From assembly GCF_902652985.1 (NCBI RefSeq), contig NC_047026.1:6634001-6698000 (forward strand): DNA of 64,000 nucleotides, written 5' to 3'. Origin of the DNA: Pecten maximus. Its lineage: Eukaryota. The notes under the pieces were generated by a model. It saw only the letters and a list, made by a program, of their open reading frames with translations, searched no databases and was not told where the DNA came from. This document shows, one piece after another, positions 13,906 to 25,979 of this stretch (position 1 is the stretch's first letter; each line of letters starts with the position of its first letter). A program made the position numbers and the translations under genes.

Positions 13906-16900
13906 ATGGCAGAGACTGAAGATTTCAGAAGTCATCCTGAAGAAGGTGAATGCCTTACTCCAGACGAGAAGCCATTGTCAGTTAGCAAGAGATGTGAGTT
14001 TAATATGACGAACCCTGGATCGTATGATTACAGCTCCAGTTTGAAGACTTTGCTGTCACATGAAAGTTCAAATCCCTTGTCGGGCCAGAGGGATAATTAC
14101 AAGCGTGACATATCAGATGATAGTGATACTGAACAACAAAACGACAGTGGTACCCCGAACGACAGGATTGACTATTTTAATGGTTGTGAATCTGATAATA
14201 TCAATATCTCCCACGCAGTACATTATCATGATGATCACAGCGAAAGCGAAGAAGAACGGCTAATTGAGGACAATGAGGAAGAAGTGGATGTAGATGCACC
14301 ATTAAATGTTCAGAAACTGGAGTCAAAACAACATTATGATATGGCGGTTCCTGTTTGTGAAGAAGATGGTGTTGATCACAAAAAAGTAATCCAAAATGGC
14401 CATTCTCATTATCAGGAAACCAGTCTCCATCAAGAATCACCAACTGAAGGCAAGCCAGCTTTACATAACGGAAATTCAAGTTCTGTTCAACCTGACGTTG
14501 TGCAATCAACAAATCCGAAAAATCTACCTTATGTCTGTGAACATTGTGGGAAAGGATTTCACGAAAAGGGGCATTTGAAATATCACACAAGGACGCATTC
14601 TGATAAAAAACAGTTCACATGTGACATTTGTAATCGCGGGTTTCATTTTAGTTTCAATCTAACGAAGCATCGTAGGACTCACACCGGGGAAAAGCCGTAT
14701 TTGTGTAATTATTGTGGGAAAAAGTTCAGTCATAAGAATAGTTTGAACCGACATGTGACCCTCCATACAGGATTTTCACACCAGAAATGTAAAATTTGTG
14801 ACCAGGATTTTTACGACAAGCAAAGTCTGAGAGTGCATCTGATCACACACACGACTGACGGGTGAAAACAAATGTCAGACATGTAACAGGGAATTCAACG
14901 ACAAGAGGGGCTTCCTTATTCATATGCAGTCTCATGTTTCTGCATTTGAAGCCTCATCTCTCAGCAAAACCCCATCATTTGAATGTGAAATTTGTCACAA
15001 AAGTTACACTTTGAGGAGTAGCCTCAACAGACACATGAAAAAGCATGGCACTTTCTTCAACCAAGAATTCAAAAGTGACGACGAATCAGTGGATTCCACC
15101 ATAGGATTAGATTCTGATCTCAATGATTCATGGAACATTGTACAGTCACAACATTTCCAAGATCGGTTAAGAAACAACAATCACATGATTCCAAGAATTG
15201 ATGTATCACACAAGCAAGATTTTCGTCAGCAGTTTCATAAAGGAGAACACGGTGAAACCGTCATTTCGGATTCAAAACCTAATTTAGATAGTTCTGTTGA
15301 TCAAGGTATGGACCTGTCAATGAAGTCGGCTACCTTCAATCATCTACCAGCCACTGCCTCACCCGAGGGAACGAGACATGTCTCGGATGAAGAGAGAAGT
15401 GGATGTTTCATGGACGAAACTGCATTGGACTTAAGTATGAAAACTTGTTCAGTGCCACTTACTTTCCCATTAAAACAGGAGTCATGCGAGGACGAGTACA
15501 ATGGAACTCCTTGGAATGACAATGTTGATACCCAAGTTGACTCGGACTGTGCTCTAGATTTGTCCACGAACAAGTCTAGTAAGAGCTTGCAGATGTCGGA
15601 CAACGTATCCGGAAAACACCTGTGTCAAAAACCTGAACCAGAAGAGAATGAAAGTCATGACAGTCCGATAGACATGAGGTGGAATAGTGAACCTCAAGAG
15701 AGAATACATAAGTGCAAGAAGTGTCCAATGACGTTTGATGATCGCCTGCTTCTCCTGTATCATTCAAAACAGTATCACCGAGAAACCTTGTCTCCAATAC
15801 CTTTTGATGCAACGCCGCAACATTTTGGAGAAAATATTTCCCAGACATCACATAGTCCTGATGAAATGGAGGACGTTTTGGAATCCAGCAAATGTCCTTA
15901 TTGTGATGATGTCTTTGCGTCAACTTTGGCTCTCAACAAACATCTGCTTATGCACTTCAAAGACCAGACAGATTTCTGTGAGTTCTGCTGCAGGATGTTC
16001 GCAGACAAGGACAAGTTCAAAGCCCACATTGAAATGCACACTGATCAAACTTATGAATGCAGCATTTGTCAGAAACTATTTGAATCCAAGTTTGAACAGC
16101 AAGACCATATCAAGGAACACAAAGAAGGCAAGCCATTTATTTGTGGGCATTGCGAGAAATCGTTTCCTATAAAATACTACCTTGAATCGCACATGCGAGT
16201 GCATTTCGGAGACAAACCTTTCAAATGTCAGATATGTGGACGAGGTTTTACTCATAGTTTTAACCTGACAAAACATGTGCGAATTCATACTGGAGAGCGT
16301 CCATATGAATGTCCTCAATGCCAACGGAAGTTCGCTCAGAAGAACAGCCTGAATCGACACATGTATCTTCATGTCGGTCAGTCACCTTTCAAGTGTAAAC
16401 TTTGTGACAAGTTCTTTGCCCACAAATTCGCCTTGCAGATTCACATGTCCAAGTCACACGGAATCTTTGATGCTGATTACAGCCAAGAGGAGTTTGAAAA
16501 TAATGTTACTTCTCTACAGAACGAGAAGTTACTAGCACCGGAGTCCGATATTTTACCACGCACTGACTCATCAAAACTGTCGGATAATGTTTATGCCACG
16601 GAACGAATTTCCACACGTAATTTAGCTTCAGACTACCAAACTTCTTTACCAAACATGCCAACTGAAGAAGGTGTAGGTGAAAGTAATACGGACGGAGAAA
16701 AACAATATACTCAAAGGCAGCAAGAGCTAGGCAAGGACATTTCAAACGAAAGTGATGACCATAGTGATAATCCTGGGAATTCATTGAGCAATGTTAATGA
16801 TGAAGCATATGGTAACTCGCGCAGGTCTGCTGAAGAATTACAACATGCTGAAGCTGCGAGGAATATGGAGTCATTGAGTGCGGCGGGCATGTTTATGCCT

Positions 16901-18411
16901 TGGCAGATGCCCAAAGGTCTTGGGATGCCACCATTTGCATTACCCAATATGCCTATGATGAACCCTAGCATGATGATGTCAGCTTATCTCATGAATTCCT
17001 ATGTTGAGGCGCAGCACCTGGATCTTATGAGAAAGATACAAGAAAATAAAGGCGTGGAAACAGTATTCAATGAAGATATGTCACATCCAACAAAAAATAA
17101 AGCTCCCGAAAATGACGTCCAGTACCGAGAAGCTATTGACGCAGCTCACAACAGTAGTTTAGGTGAGAGTGAGCAAACGCAAGAACCAGATACGCATGTT
17201 TGTCAGGAATGTGGAAAATCTTTCAAGAAAAAATACTACCTCAAATCTCACATGCGTGTGCATACTGGCGAGAAGCCATTTAAGTGTGAAATTTGTGACA
17301 AAACTTTCAGCTACAGCTTCAACATGAAGAAACACATCAGGACTCACACAGGGGAGCAGCCATACCAATGTAATATCTGTAAAAGACGTTTCAGTCACAT
17401 CAACAGTCTGAACAGGCATGCGTCCACCCACACTGAGAGCAGTTTCAGCTGTCGATACCCGTTGTGTGAAGCCTCTTTTCCTGATAAGAACTCTTTATAT
17501 CAACACGTCCTTCATAAACACGGACTTCACAGGGAACTGACGAATCCGGCTGAAATTCGATTTGATGGATCAAAGTTGCAACATCTACCGATTGATACTC
17601 ATTTTAACAACAATATTGATTCTTCTTTGACCTTTGGAAAATACCTAATCCAAGCGTGGTCCGTGACGGTGTTCACGCGAATGAAACGTCATGTGTGAAT
17701 GTGGAAGGAAATTCACAAAAAGATCAGGGCCATTCTATCAACGAAACTCCAAATGACGACGAAAATGACATGGACACGCACGATTTCTCTTATGAAGAAT
17801 ACGACGGCGATGAAAGCACAAGTGAAGTTTGTGATCTTTCTGTTGGGAGTTCGATAGGACAAGAAAACGTGTTCAATGTGAATGGTGGATCATTCTATCA
17901 AACCAGTGGAAAGGGTGTGTATCCTGCTAACCCTCTGGTCGACGACACATACAAGTTAAACACTGATATTCAGAATCAGACCAAACCTAGGCGTTCTCGA
18001 AAGTCATCAGACCCTGCGGTTCCTCTGACCTGCTCTGTGTGCGAGAAGGTTTTCTTGAAAAAGCAGGATCTCAAGTCGCATATGAAAGTGCATTCAGACG
18101 CCCGGCCTTTCAAGTGTGACGTTTGTCCCAAGGCGTTTAATCACAAGTCCACGCTGACTAATCATCGCCGTATCCACACCGGCGAAAAGCCGTACGGATG
18201 TGAGATTTGTAAGAAAAGTTTCACGTTTCTCAGTAGTCTACAGCGTCACAAACTTCTTCACATGACGGAGTCAACATTTAAATGTTTCGTGTGCGGTGAA
18301 TATATGGATGATAAACAATCACTGAACAAACACTTAAAAACTCACGTCCAAGGGGGAGAACTGCCTGCCGGGAGAATCCGATCGCTGCAGCTACATAGAA
18401 AGACCTATTGA
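13906..18411 (+). CDS. Multi-cluster C2H2 zinc-finger protein (about 22 fingers, ~1500 aa), single coding exon, with two 1-nt frameshifts in this assembly (~14861 and ~17640)
   Basis: Acceptor TTTCCAG|ATT at 13854/13855 and Kozak-like AAGATGG at 13906. C2H2 fingers with TGEKPY/TGERPY linkers occur in ORFs 13486-14865, 14924-17698 and 17656-18411. An intact finger (KCQTC..F.....F..HMQSH) continues in the +1 frame across the TGA at 14863. PxDLS-like motifs (GMDLS, ALDLS x2, VCDLS) are present. Confidence 0.9.
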
Positions 18412-21311
18412 ACCATTTTTCGTGATATCACCTTGAAATACTATTATCTTGATGCCTAATTTTGGGGTCATACGGGGAGTTTGACTATATGGGGACTTGT
18501 ACAAGTCAATGCTGACTTGTGGACATATGTGGGATAAGTAGGATTTGTTGGATGTAGAGCGATTTGAGTAAGTTCATGACTTACTATATTTAGAAAGATT
18601 ACACGATCTTTATATTCAATCGAGAGAAGCCAAATGTGCCATGTCTTCACAAAATGCTGTTATGTGCACTGTTGATTGAGGTCCCAACTCTTTGTTCATA
18701 CTCTTTTGACAGAAAGATGGTGTTTCTTTGTACTAGATGCACATGACATAACTGCGAGGTTTTTAGTTTTAATATTGTGGCAAGTTCGAAGAAAAGCACG
18801 ATTGCAGACAACGTCCCTACCTCGTTTCAGCGACATACACGTGTATATACCGTTTTCTGTAAACAGCATCTTCTATGTTTTAAAAAGAGGCAAGAGTACT
18901 TTAAAAAATGTTTTAAAAAACTTGTAGTTGTGTTCAATAATCATGTATGTATATATAATTAAGCGTTTCAGAACTACAGAAGCAATAGCATTGACATAAA
19001 TGTGTAGAGGCTAGATATACGATTTTGTCTGAATAGCAGGGAATTCAAATGTCGGACCACTTGTATGTCATCTTTGTTTAGTTATTTCATTCTCACAGCA
19101 ATATTTTTGATATGTTTTTACAGGTATAACAAATTCTACAAAGTGTTCATTTATGGAAATAGGAATATTTTATGCTTATTTAAAGGGATATTTCGCGCAA
19201 GTTATAATTCATTAAATGCAATTTATAAAATTTGCACAAAAGCGTCTACCATGTTCTATTGGAAATCATACGCTTTTATTTACCATATAATCAAACATGT
19301 GATATTGAAATTGTAGAAATTCTTTATAGACCTTAAAAACGTTCATGTGGCTCTGGTAACGTCATAACAAGTTTGCGTTCATTCGGAACCTGTCGTCATT
19401 TTCTTCGCTTTGCAGACATCGGCGAGGTGTTTCTATTGTTTTGCTGTGTATTTGCCGAACGGTATGATAATTTTATATTACATTATGAAAAAGACAGGAA
19501 GTAATCCTTATGAAGCAATGAAATCCAAGTAGAAATTACGAATGAACAAATTACACACCTGTGTATTTACCCAATACTTAATAATATCGATCATCCAATT
19601 AGCCTTTAGTTCCGGATTCATCAATGCGCTGCTATGTCTATTTGATCTGTTTATATAATTACACGGATATTCCCTCAAATTTCGTTTTCTTTAACTAGTC
19701 ACTGGAAAGATATTTTGAACGTTACAGCAGTTTTAAAAATGATTAGAAAGTGTTCTTAAAATGTACAGAACAACAGAATTTTTGCAAATTGTGTGAACTA
19801 TCCCTTTAAAATTTGTACTTATAATTGGATTGTTTTAATATATTAATAACTGTTGTGCCATATATACTGTAAGCCAGTTAATTTCCGTGGCCATTGTTTT
19901 TTGCGGTTTTGTTCTTGGTAGTCTAGTTCGCGGCGACCTATTTTCGCGACATTCTTTTAGAATTTACTTGGATACTTGTATTTTACTTGTATACTTGTAT
20001 ACCTATATCATGAACATATTTGCAGTGATTACTTTTCGCGATAGTCCTGACATGCGAAAACCGCGAAAATGAATCGCTCCAAAGAATTTTCGTTGGTTTA
20101 CATTATTATAAAATTGTGTCCAATGTGTATCTACAAACTGCAGGTTTACAGTAAGCATTTAGTGTTCACTTCATTATTTTGTTGCATAAGCAATTTATAT
20201 TTACATTGAGATGTGTTCAAATTCAGCTGTTGTTTATATGTCTTTTTTATTGTTAAGTAATGTGTCAATCAAACCTTTTTCAATCAAACTTTTTTCTTGT
20301 TCATATGAATGAAAGCAATCGTCACCATTGTGTTCAAAACATCTTCATTGTACTTTTGTCCCTCTATGTTTTTTGAACTAGATATTTTTGTATTTATTTT
20401 TTTATAGATTTCCTGGGAATCTATAATTGTATGTGGATAGATTACATGATGCTATGAAATTAAATTATGTAATTTGAACGTGTTTACAATGATTAGAACT
20501 ACAAATGTATTTATACAATATACAAATTTATGTATTTACTTTGCACTTGGATTTCTTCCATTCATAAATTTGGAGGAGTTGTGACTTTTTTGTTAAAACG
20601 TTTCAATTTTAAAATGTATTACAACACTGAATTCGTACATATATGAAAAATGATAATGCATTAAGGTTCATACATATTTACATGCAATTTGTGCATTTTT
20701 AATTAATTTATCAGAAACTACACAAAAAGGTTCCAAAATAGCGCTGTATATAAAAATGAAAGAAAGTTGTGAGGACGGTTGTGTATATATAATTTTATTG
20801 ACATAGTGGCAATATTTACTGATAAACTGGTTCTTTTTGTGTGTTTTTTTTTCAGTTGCGTAGAGGGCCGTAAAATTCAGTCGCAAAATTGATCGATACG
20901 AAAAAAAATGACCGGTTTGCAAACCAAACGAAACATAACTTGTAAGCAGCAATTAATAAACACATTTTTGGGAGAACCACAAAAATTTGCACCCACAAAA
21001 ATAGCCAGTCATACAGAAAATGAATTTGTCATTATTTGGTTGTCACTAAACAGTTTTCTCAGTCCCTGGTGGAACTTAAGAGTAAATGTTTTTATGTATA
21101 GTTATATTTTTAATGGTCAAATGAAGCTGATTCAATTCTTATATGATCAGATGTACGTTTGCCGATTCCTGTATAACATGTGTTGTAGATATTTGTATAC
21201 AAAATGTGTTCAGAGAGTTATACATGAAAACTGTCTCATTTGATTGGTACACGTTTTGCACACGATGTTGATTCAGTGACGGGTACGTGTTTACCTCTTA
21301 ATTTTGTACAA

Positions 21312-21317
21312 AATAAA
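21312..21317 (+). terminator. Candidate polyadenylation signal of the zinc-finger gene (3' UTR about 2.9 kb)
   Basis: AATAAA preceded by TGTA motifs and followed by GT/T-rich sequence. Not confirmed by transcripts. Confidence 0.4.
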
Positions 21318-21614
21318 TGTTTTAGCATAAAATGTTGTGAGTTCAATTATTATTCTAGAAGAGATATTCTCACTGTGTGTCTAACAATTATCAAATAATG
21401 GCACAGCTTCAGACTTTACACACCCGTATTGTTTCTATAAGCTTGTCCAGTTGATGCAAACTTTCCAAAATTTATTTGATTAAGGTAAAATTGTTTCCCT
21501 CTTCATATTTTTATATCTTTAGGTCTTGATCTTTGATCTTTCTAACTTCCTTCCTCTAAATTTCCATATTATTGACCCAAATTATTACTGAGGATTCTTG
21601 GAAGCTGTTTCTAG

Positions 21615-21950
21615 TTTCACTAAATAGCCATAAAAGGCGGAAACACATGCATGTTGTCCCTAACATCAATGACGAGTCCTTCAAGCCGAAACAGTGGTAC
21701 GATGTCCCTAACATCACTGACGAGTCGTAGGAGGACGAAACAGCTGTATGATGTCCCTAACATCACTGACGAGTCGTATGAGGACGAAACACCTGTATGA
21801 TGTCCCTAACATCACTGACGAGTCATAGAAGGACGAAACACCTGTATGATATCCCTAACATCACTGACGAGTCTTAAAAGGACTCAACAGCTTTATGGTG
21901 TCCCTAGTATGACTGACGAGTCGTAAAAAGGACGAAAGAGCTATATGATG
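21615..21950 (+). ncRNA. Tandem array of hammerhead ribozymes, 49-bp unit, 6 copies plus one decayed copy
   Basis: CTGACGA boxes at 21717, 21766, 21815, 21864 and 21913, with ATGACGA at 21669. Intact copies are followed by stem II GTC-N7-8-GAC, GAAA, short stem III CAGCTG/CACCTG, a GTA cleavage triplet and stem I TGATGT/ACATCA. This matches the conserved hammerhead core CUGANGA...GAAA...UH. Copy 5 has lost GAAA, and copies 1 and 6 are partly degenerate. Confidence 0.93.
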
Positions 21951-22723
21951 CAGTTTTGTTTTCGGCACATTATGTATCTTTTTCTAAATCCATGCTGTAA
22001 ACATGTATATTTTTGCGGTAACCCTTTTCAGTTCCGTGGATTCGAAAACAATATTTAGCTACTTGAAAGAAATCGATCTATTTTATAGACTTTGATGTCT
22101 TTTACGTTACTGTCTTTGACGTTCTATTTATATAACAAAGTTCACATAATCTATTCGTACATATACATATTTTACCATTTTTAACCAACTTTTTTATCAT
22201 AATGATCTAAATATACAATACGGATGCTTTTAATAATGACAAATTTTATCTGATTTTAATTTACAAAATAAAACATGTTAGTATATTGTTTGGCCCTAAA
22301 TGACCCTAGTTGTCGATGGGCCGTAAAACATAAACAAACAAACAAACAAGCGGTAATCCTGTTTTACCGACTTTCGTTTAAGTCATTGCGCTGAATTATA
22401 TATATATATATGTCAAGTAGTAATAACGACAGTACAGACAAGTAAATTGTCGAATTTTCGAGGCAATCTGCCCCTTTATCAAGACAGGTAAATTACATAG
22501 AATCACATATAGACATAGGACATGGAACAGTTACACACGTATGGTAGGTATAAACAACAATAAATATCGTAATGTTGTAAAAACGATCCCCCTCGACCGA
22601 TACTTAATTCGCCGAGGGCCTATTGTGATTAATTAGGAAACATCTTATAATTAGGTGGTGTATATTTTCTTTCATGGTCTTTGACATTTGTAATGAAACC
22701 AATAAAACTTACTTTTAAAACCT

Positions 22724-23032
22724 AATAATTAATTTTTCTTTGTTTTCATGGTAAATACTCAAATCTGATTGGGCGAAAAAATCTTTTCATTCTTCTATGA
22801 AAGAAATTCCGAGAATGGCGCGAAAAATGTGACGTCACAATACGACAATTGACGTTGCGTATTGATTTGAGAAAAATAATCCCATTTAAAACCAGTAAAA
22901 GTATACATAAAACATGTTTTAAACTAGAAAATCATTTTCAAAAATTAATTATAAGCGTTGATGTCAATTATTTTTTAGTTTCATCGGGGTAAGAAAACAA
23001 ATTTTGTTTGCAAACGTCTGTAAGAATCCGCT
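22724..23032 (-). mobile_element. Truncated copy of the palindrome-bearing (Crypton-like) non-autonomous family, opposite orientation to 39557 and 41392
   Basis: Near-identical reverse complement of ~39630-39940. It breaks off at the palindrome centre. Confidence 0.75.
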
Positions 23033-23152
23033 GCTATAACATTGTTGATATAATTTGTGTGTAGAACCTTAAATGTTTCAATCTTTGTTCTTTTATTCTT
23101 TTTATTTACAGTAAATTCGTCTATTTAACAAGCCAGTTCACAGCGCAGAATC

Positions 23153-23417
23153 CTAAGCTCAGGGTAGACAACCGGTACAATCCCGGTAAGCTCAGGATAG
23201 ACAACCGGTACAATCCCGGTAAGCTCAGGGTAGACAACCGGTACAATCCCGGTAAGCTCAGGGTAGACAGCCAGTACAATCCCGGTAAGCTCAGGGTAGA
23301 CAACCGGTACAATTCCGGTAAGCTCAGGGTAGACAACCGGTACAATTCCGGTAAGCTCAGGGTAGACAACCGGTACGATCCCGGTAAGCTCAGGGTAGAC
23401 AACCGGTACAATCCCGG
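23153..23417. repeat. 33-bp minisatellite, 8 near-identical copies
   Basis: Unit TAAGCTCAGGGTAGACAACCGGTACAATCCCGG. Confidence 0.95.
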
Positions 23418-25280
23418 TGGTGCTCTTATTATTCTTTGTTATTCGCTTACATGTCAAGCAGACAAAATATGAGTATAGATAGGATTTCAAAGTTTCAAGG
23501 AATTTGTTAAATATACGACATAGATTGGCCTTAATATATAAAGTAGATATATCAAAAGTATATCGTACAAATCCATAAAAAAATTATCAACAACACTCGC
23601 CGAGCAGAAATTACACAACCGATATCGGTTTTTATTTTTAAAGTTAAACTCAGATAAAATTTGTCATTTTTAAAAGCATTCGTATCGTATAATTAGATCA
23701 TTATGATAAAAAAGTTGTTTAAAATTGGTAAAATATATATGTGTACGAATAGATTATGTGAACTTTGTGATATAAATAGAACGTCAAAGAGAGTAACGTA
23801 AAAGACATCAAAGTCTATAAAATAGATCGATTTCTTTCAAGTAGCTAAATATTGATTTCGAATCCACGGAACTGAAAAGGGTTTTCATATCCGGGACTCG
23901 AAAGTATTTATCACGAATGTGCTTGAAATCGGAACATTCTACATATTTGATCTGTACACGCACACGGTTGTATGTAATGTTCTTAATTGCAATTATTTAT
24001 GTTATACATACATCGGTATTGTCTTGTTACTATACATTTACTGTACTGTATTAATATTACAAATCAATACTCAATCGTATCCGACTACGTATACAGCGTT
24101 TAGAAGGTCATGATGAATAATGTTTCATCAGCATTGAAAACCAGAAATACGTTTTTATTTCCGTCTGACAGCACATCATCAAACGTACAGCAAATATATT
24201 AACTTTTATCTTTCATCATCACATGATGTTACCTTATAATTATTGTAATAAAAATGAAACAAAAGATAATTAGAAAGAAAGAACGAAAAGACAGGAAGAA
24301 GAAAGAAAGACTTTAAAAGAAAGAAAGAAAGAGATGATAAAGAATGAGAGCCCTCTTGTATGAGGACACATTATTGTCAAAGAGCTGACCCCGGGGCTCC
24401 CCAACCCCGGCAGCTTTCTAATAGATAGGGGATTAAAATTATTATCTTTCTTACCAATATTTTCTTGTTTTTATTATCCTCCTCTTCTTCAGGTGCATAT
24501 AGTTGAAAAAAATAAACTAATCCTTATGCGCACAAAAACTCCTAATATACATGTTACTGGGCCTGTAAATAAAGCAGAGTATACATATTCTTTATATCAA
24601 GGAACGATCGAATGATTAATGTAATCAAGAGTAAACCAATGTTGATACTGTCTTTGTTAAAACTTACAAAAAACTAAAAAAAATATCTCAACGTATTATT
24701 TTAACCGCCAAGTGCGTAACTTTAAACATAAATCAAGAAGGCAAAGATTCACATTGTGCGACAAGAATAATTTGTATAAAGCATGTTGTTTACATTATCA
24801 TTAGCCAATGTATTTAATATCGGTGTAATAAGCGAATGACGACCATGAAACAATCCTATGACATTGGCCTGAGTGATACAAGAGGGACAACTCCAATGAT
24901 ATACCTTGAATACATTTCCTGACGTAGTTAGGCTTAGGAAAGTACAATTATTTCGAGGGAAGTGCATACAACATTGTCAATTTATTAGCATAGTTATCAT
25001 GGTACATGTACATGTATATATTGTAGGGCGGAATGTAATTAATTGTAACGAACGATTACCAGTCAGATTTGAAGATATTTCAATACATCGTCTACAAATC
25101 ATTTCACAAAATACCTAACTCGTTCGTTAATTGACAATGTTCTATAGGGTAGGGTATAGACTATCAAATTATAAACATACCAAAACATGTGGCAGTTTTA
25201 GCCCTAATCCCTACAAGTGATTAGCGTGACATACAAACCCAAGCCTTGTCCGCAATATCAAAATGAACTGAACGCTAAGG

Positions 25281-25570
25281 TATGGTGGCTGATATGTGCC
25301 ATTTCGTTATTTCGGCCCGCTAATCATCGTCTTTTCGCAGCGACAGAACGGAATAACGAAAAAAAGTAAAGCGAAATAACGAAAATTTAAGGTCGCTGTT
25401 TAGCGACCCGAAATACTTCGCCCCGCTGTTTATCGTATTTCGCCCGCTAATCATCGCTCTGACGTCCCGCGGGACGAAAAGACGATAATCATCGCTATCT
25501 CGCTGCGAAAAGACGATGATTAGCGGGGCGAAATAACGAAATAACGAAATGGCACATTTAAGCCACCATA
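25281..25570. mobile_element. MITE with TATGG...CCATA termini and 6-bp target-site duplication (IS3EU-like)
   Basis: TIRs TATGGTGGCT..ATGTGCCATTTCGTTATTTCG / CGAAATAACGAAATGGCACAT..AGCCACCATA. CTAAGG is directly repeated at 25275-25280 and 25571-25576. Confidence 0.8.
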
Positions 25571-25979
25571 CTAAGGCGATATATGTGGCTAATGGAAAGA
25601 GATTTGAAACAATCCTAGCCTGCCCAACTGTGGATAAGATAAAACGACATATACAAAATGATACCGCTAAAAAGTATTCCAGGTACTTACATGTTGTGTG
25701 GTGAAGATATCATATAGCTTAACTTACATTGCAGTTTGATCAATCTTCGCTGTCAGTTCCTTAAACGTCTCTTCCATCAAAACATTTGAATTGAATTAAG
25801 ATTATTTGTAGTTAATTTATAGTGAATATCTTTGGCTTACGACATTGCGATATTTATATGATCTATAAAGAGAGATAAGGACACTATCTATATCCAAAGT
25901 CTATGTTTTACATTTTGTTGTAATGTAAATATCAGCAGCAAGGTATGGTTATAATTCACAAATGGGACATTTTGGGGGG

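Larger units (their letters stand above)
22022..23881. mobile_element. Non-autonomous DNA transposon with ~250-bp terminal inverted repeats (piggyBac-like CCCTT...AAGGG ends) carrying nested repeats
   Basis: 22022-~22275 (CCCTTTTCAGTTCCGTGGATTCGAAA...) is the reverse complement of ~23628-23881 (...TTTCGAATCCACGGAACTGAAAAGGG). Flanks GTAA / TTTT only partly match TTAA. No transposase ORF. Confidence 0.75.

Noticed and set aside
14863-14865. Selenocysteine or stop read-through at the zinc-finger TGA
   Set aside because: The homologous coding sequence continues in a different frame, so in-frame read-through cannot explain it.
21615-21950. CRISPR-like array (constant repeat with variable segment)
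   Set aside because: The variable part is only 6-8 nt, there are no cas genes and the context is eukaryotic. The unit is fully explained as a hammerhead.
23121-23490. Repetitive ORFs on the minus strand
   Set aside because: Translation of a 33-bp minisatellite.
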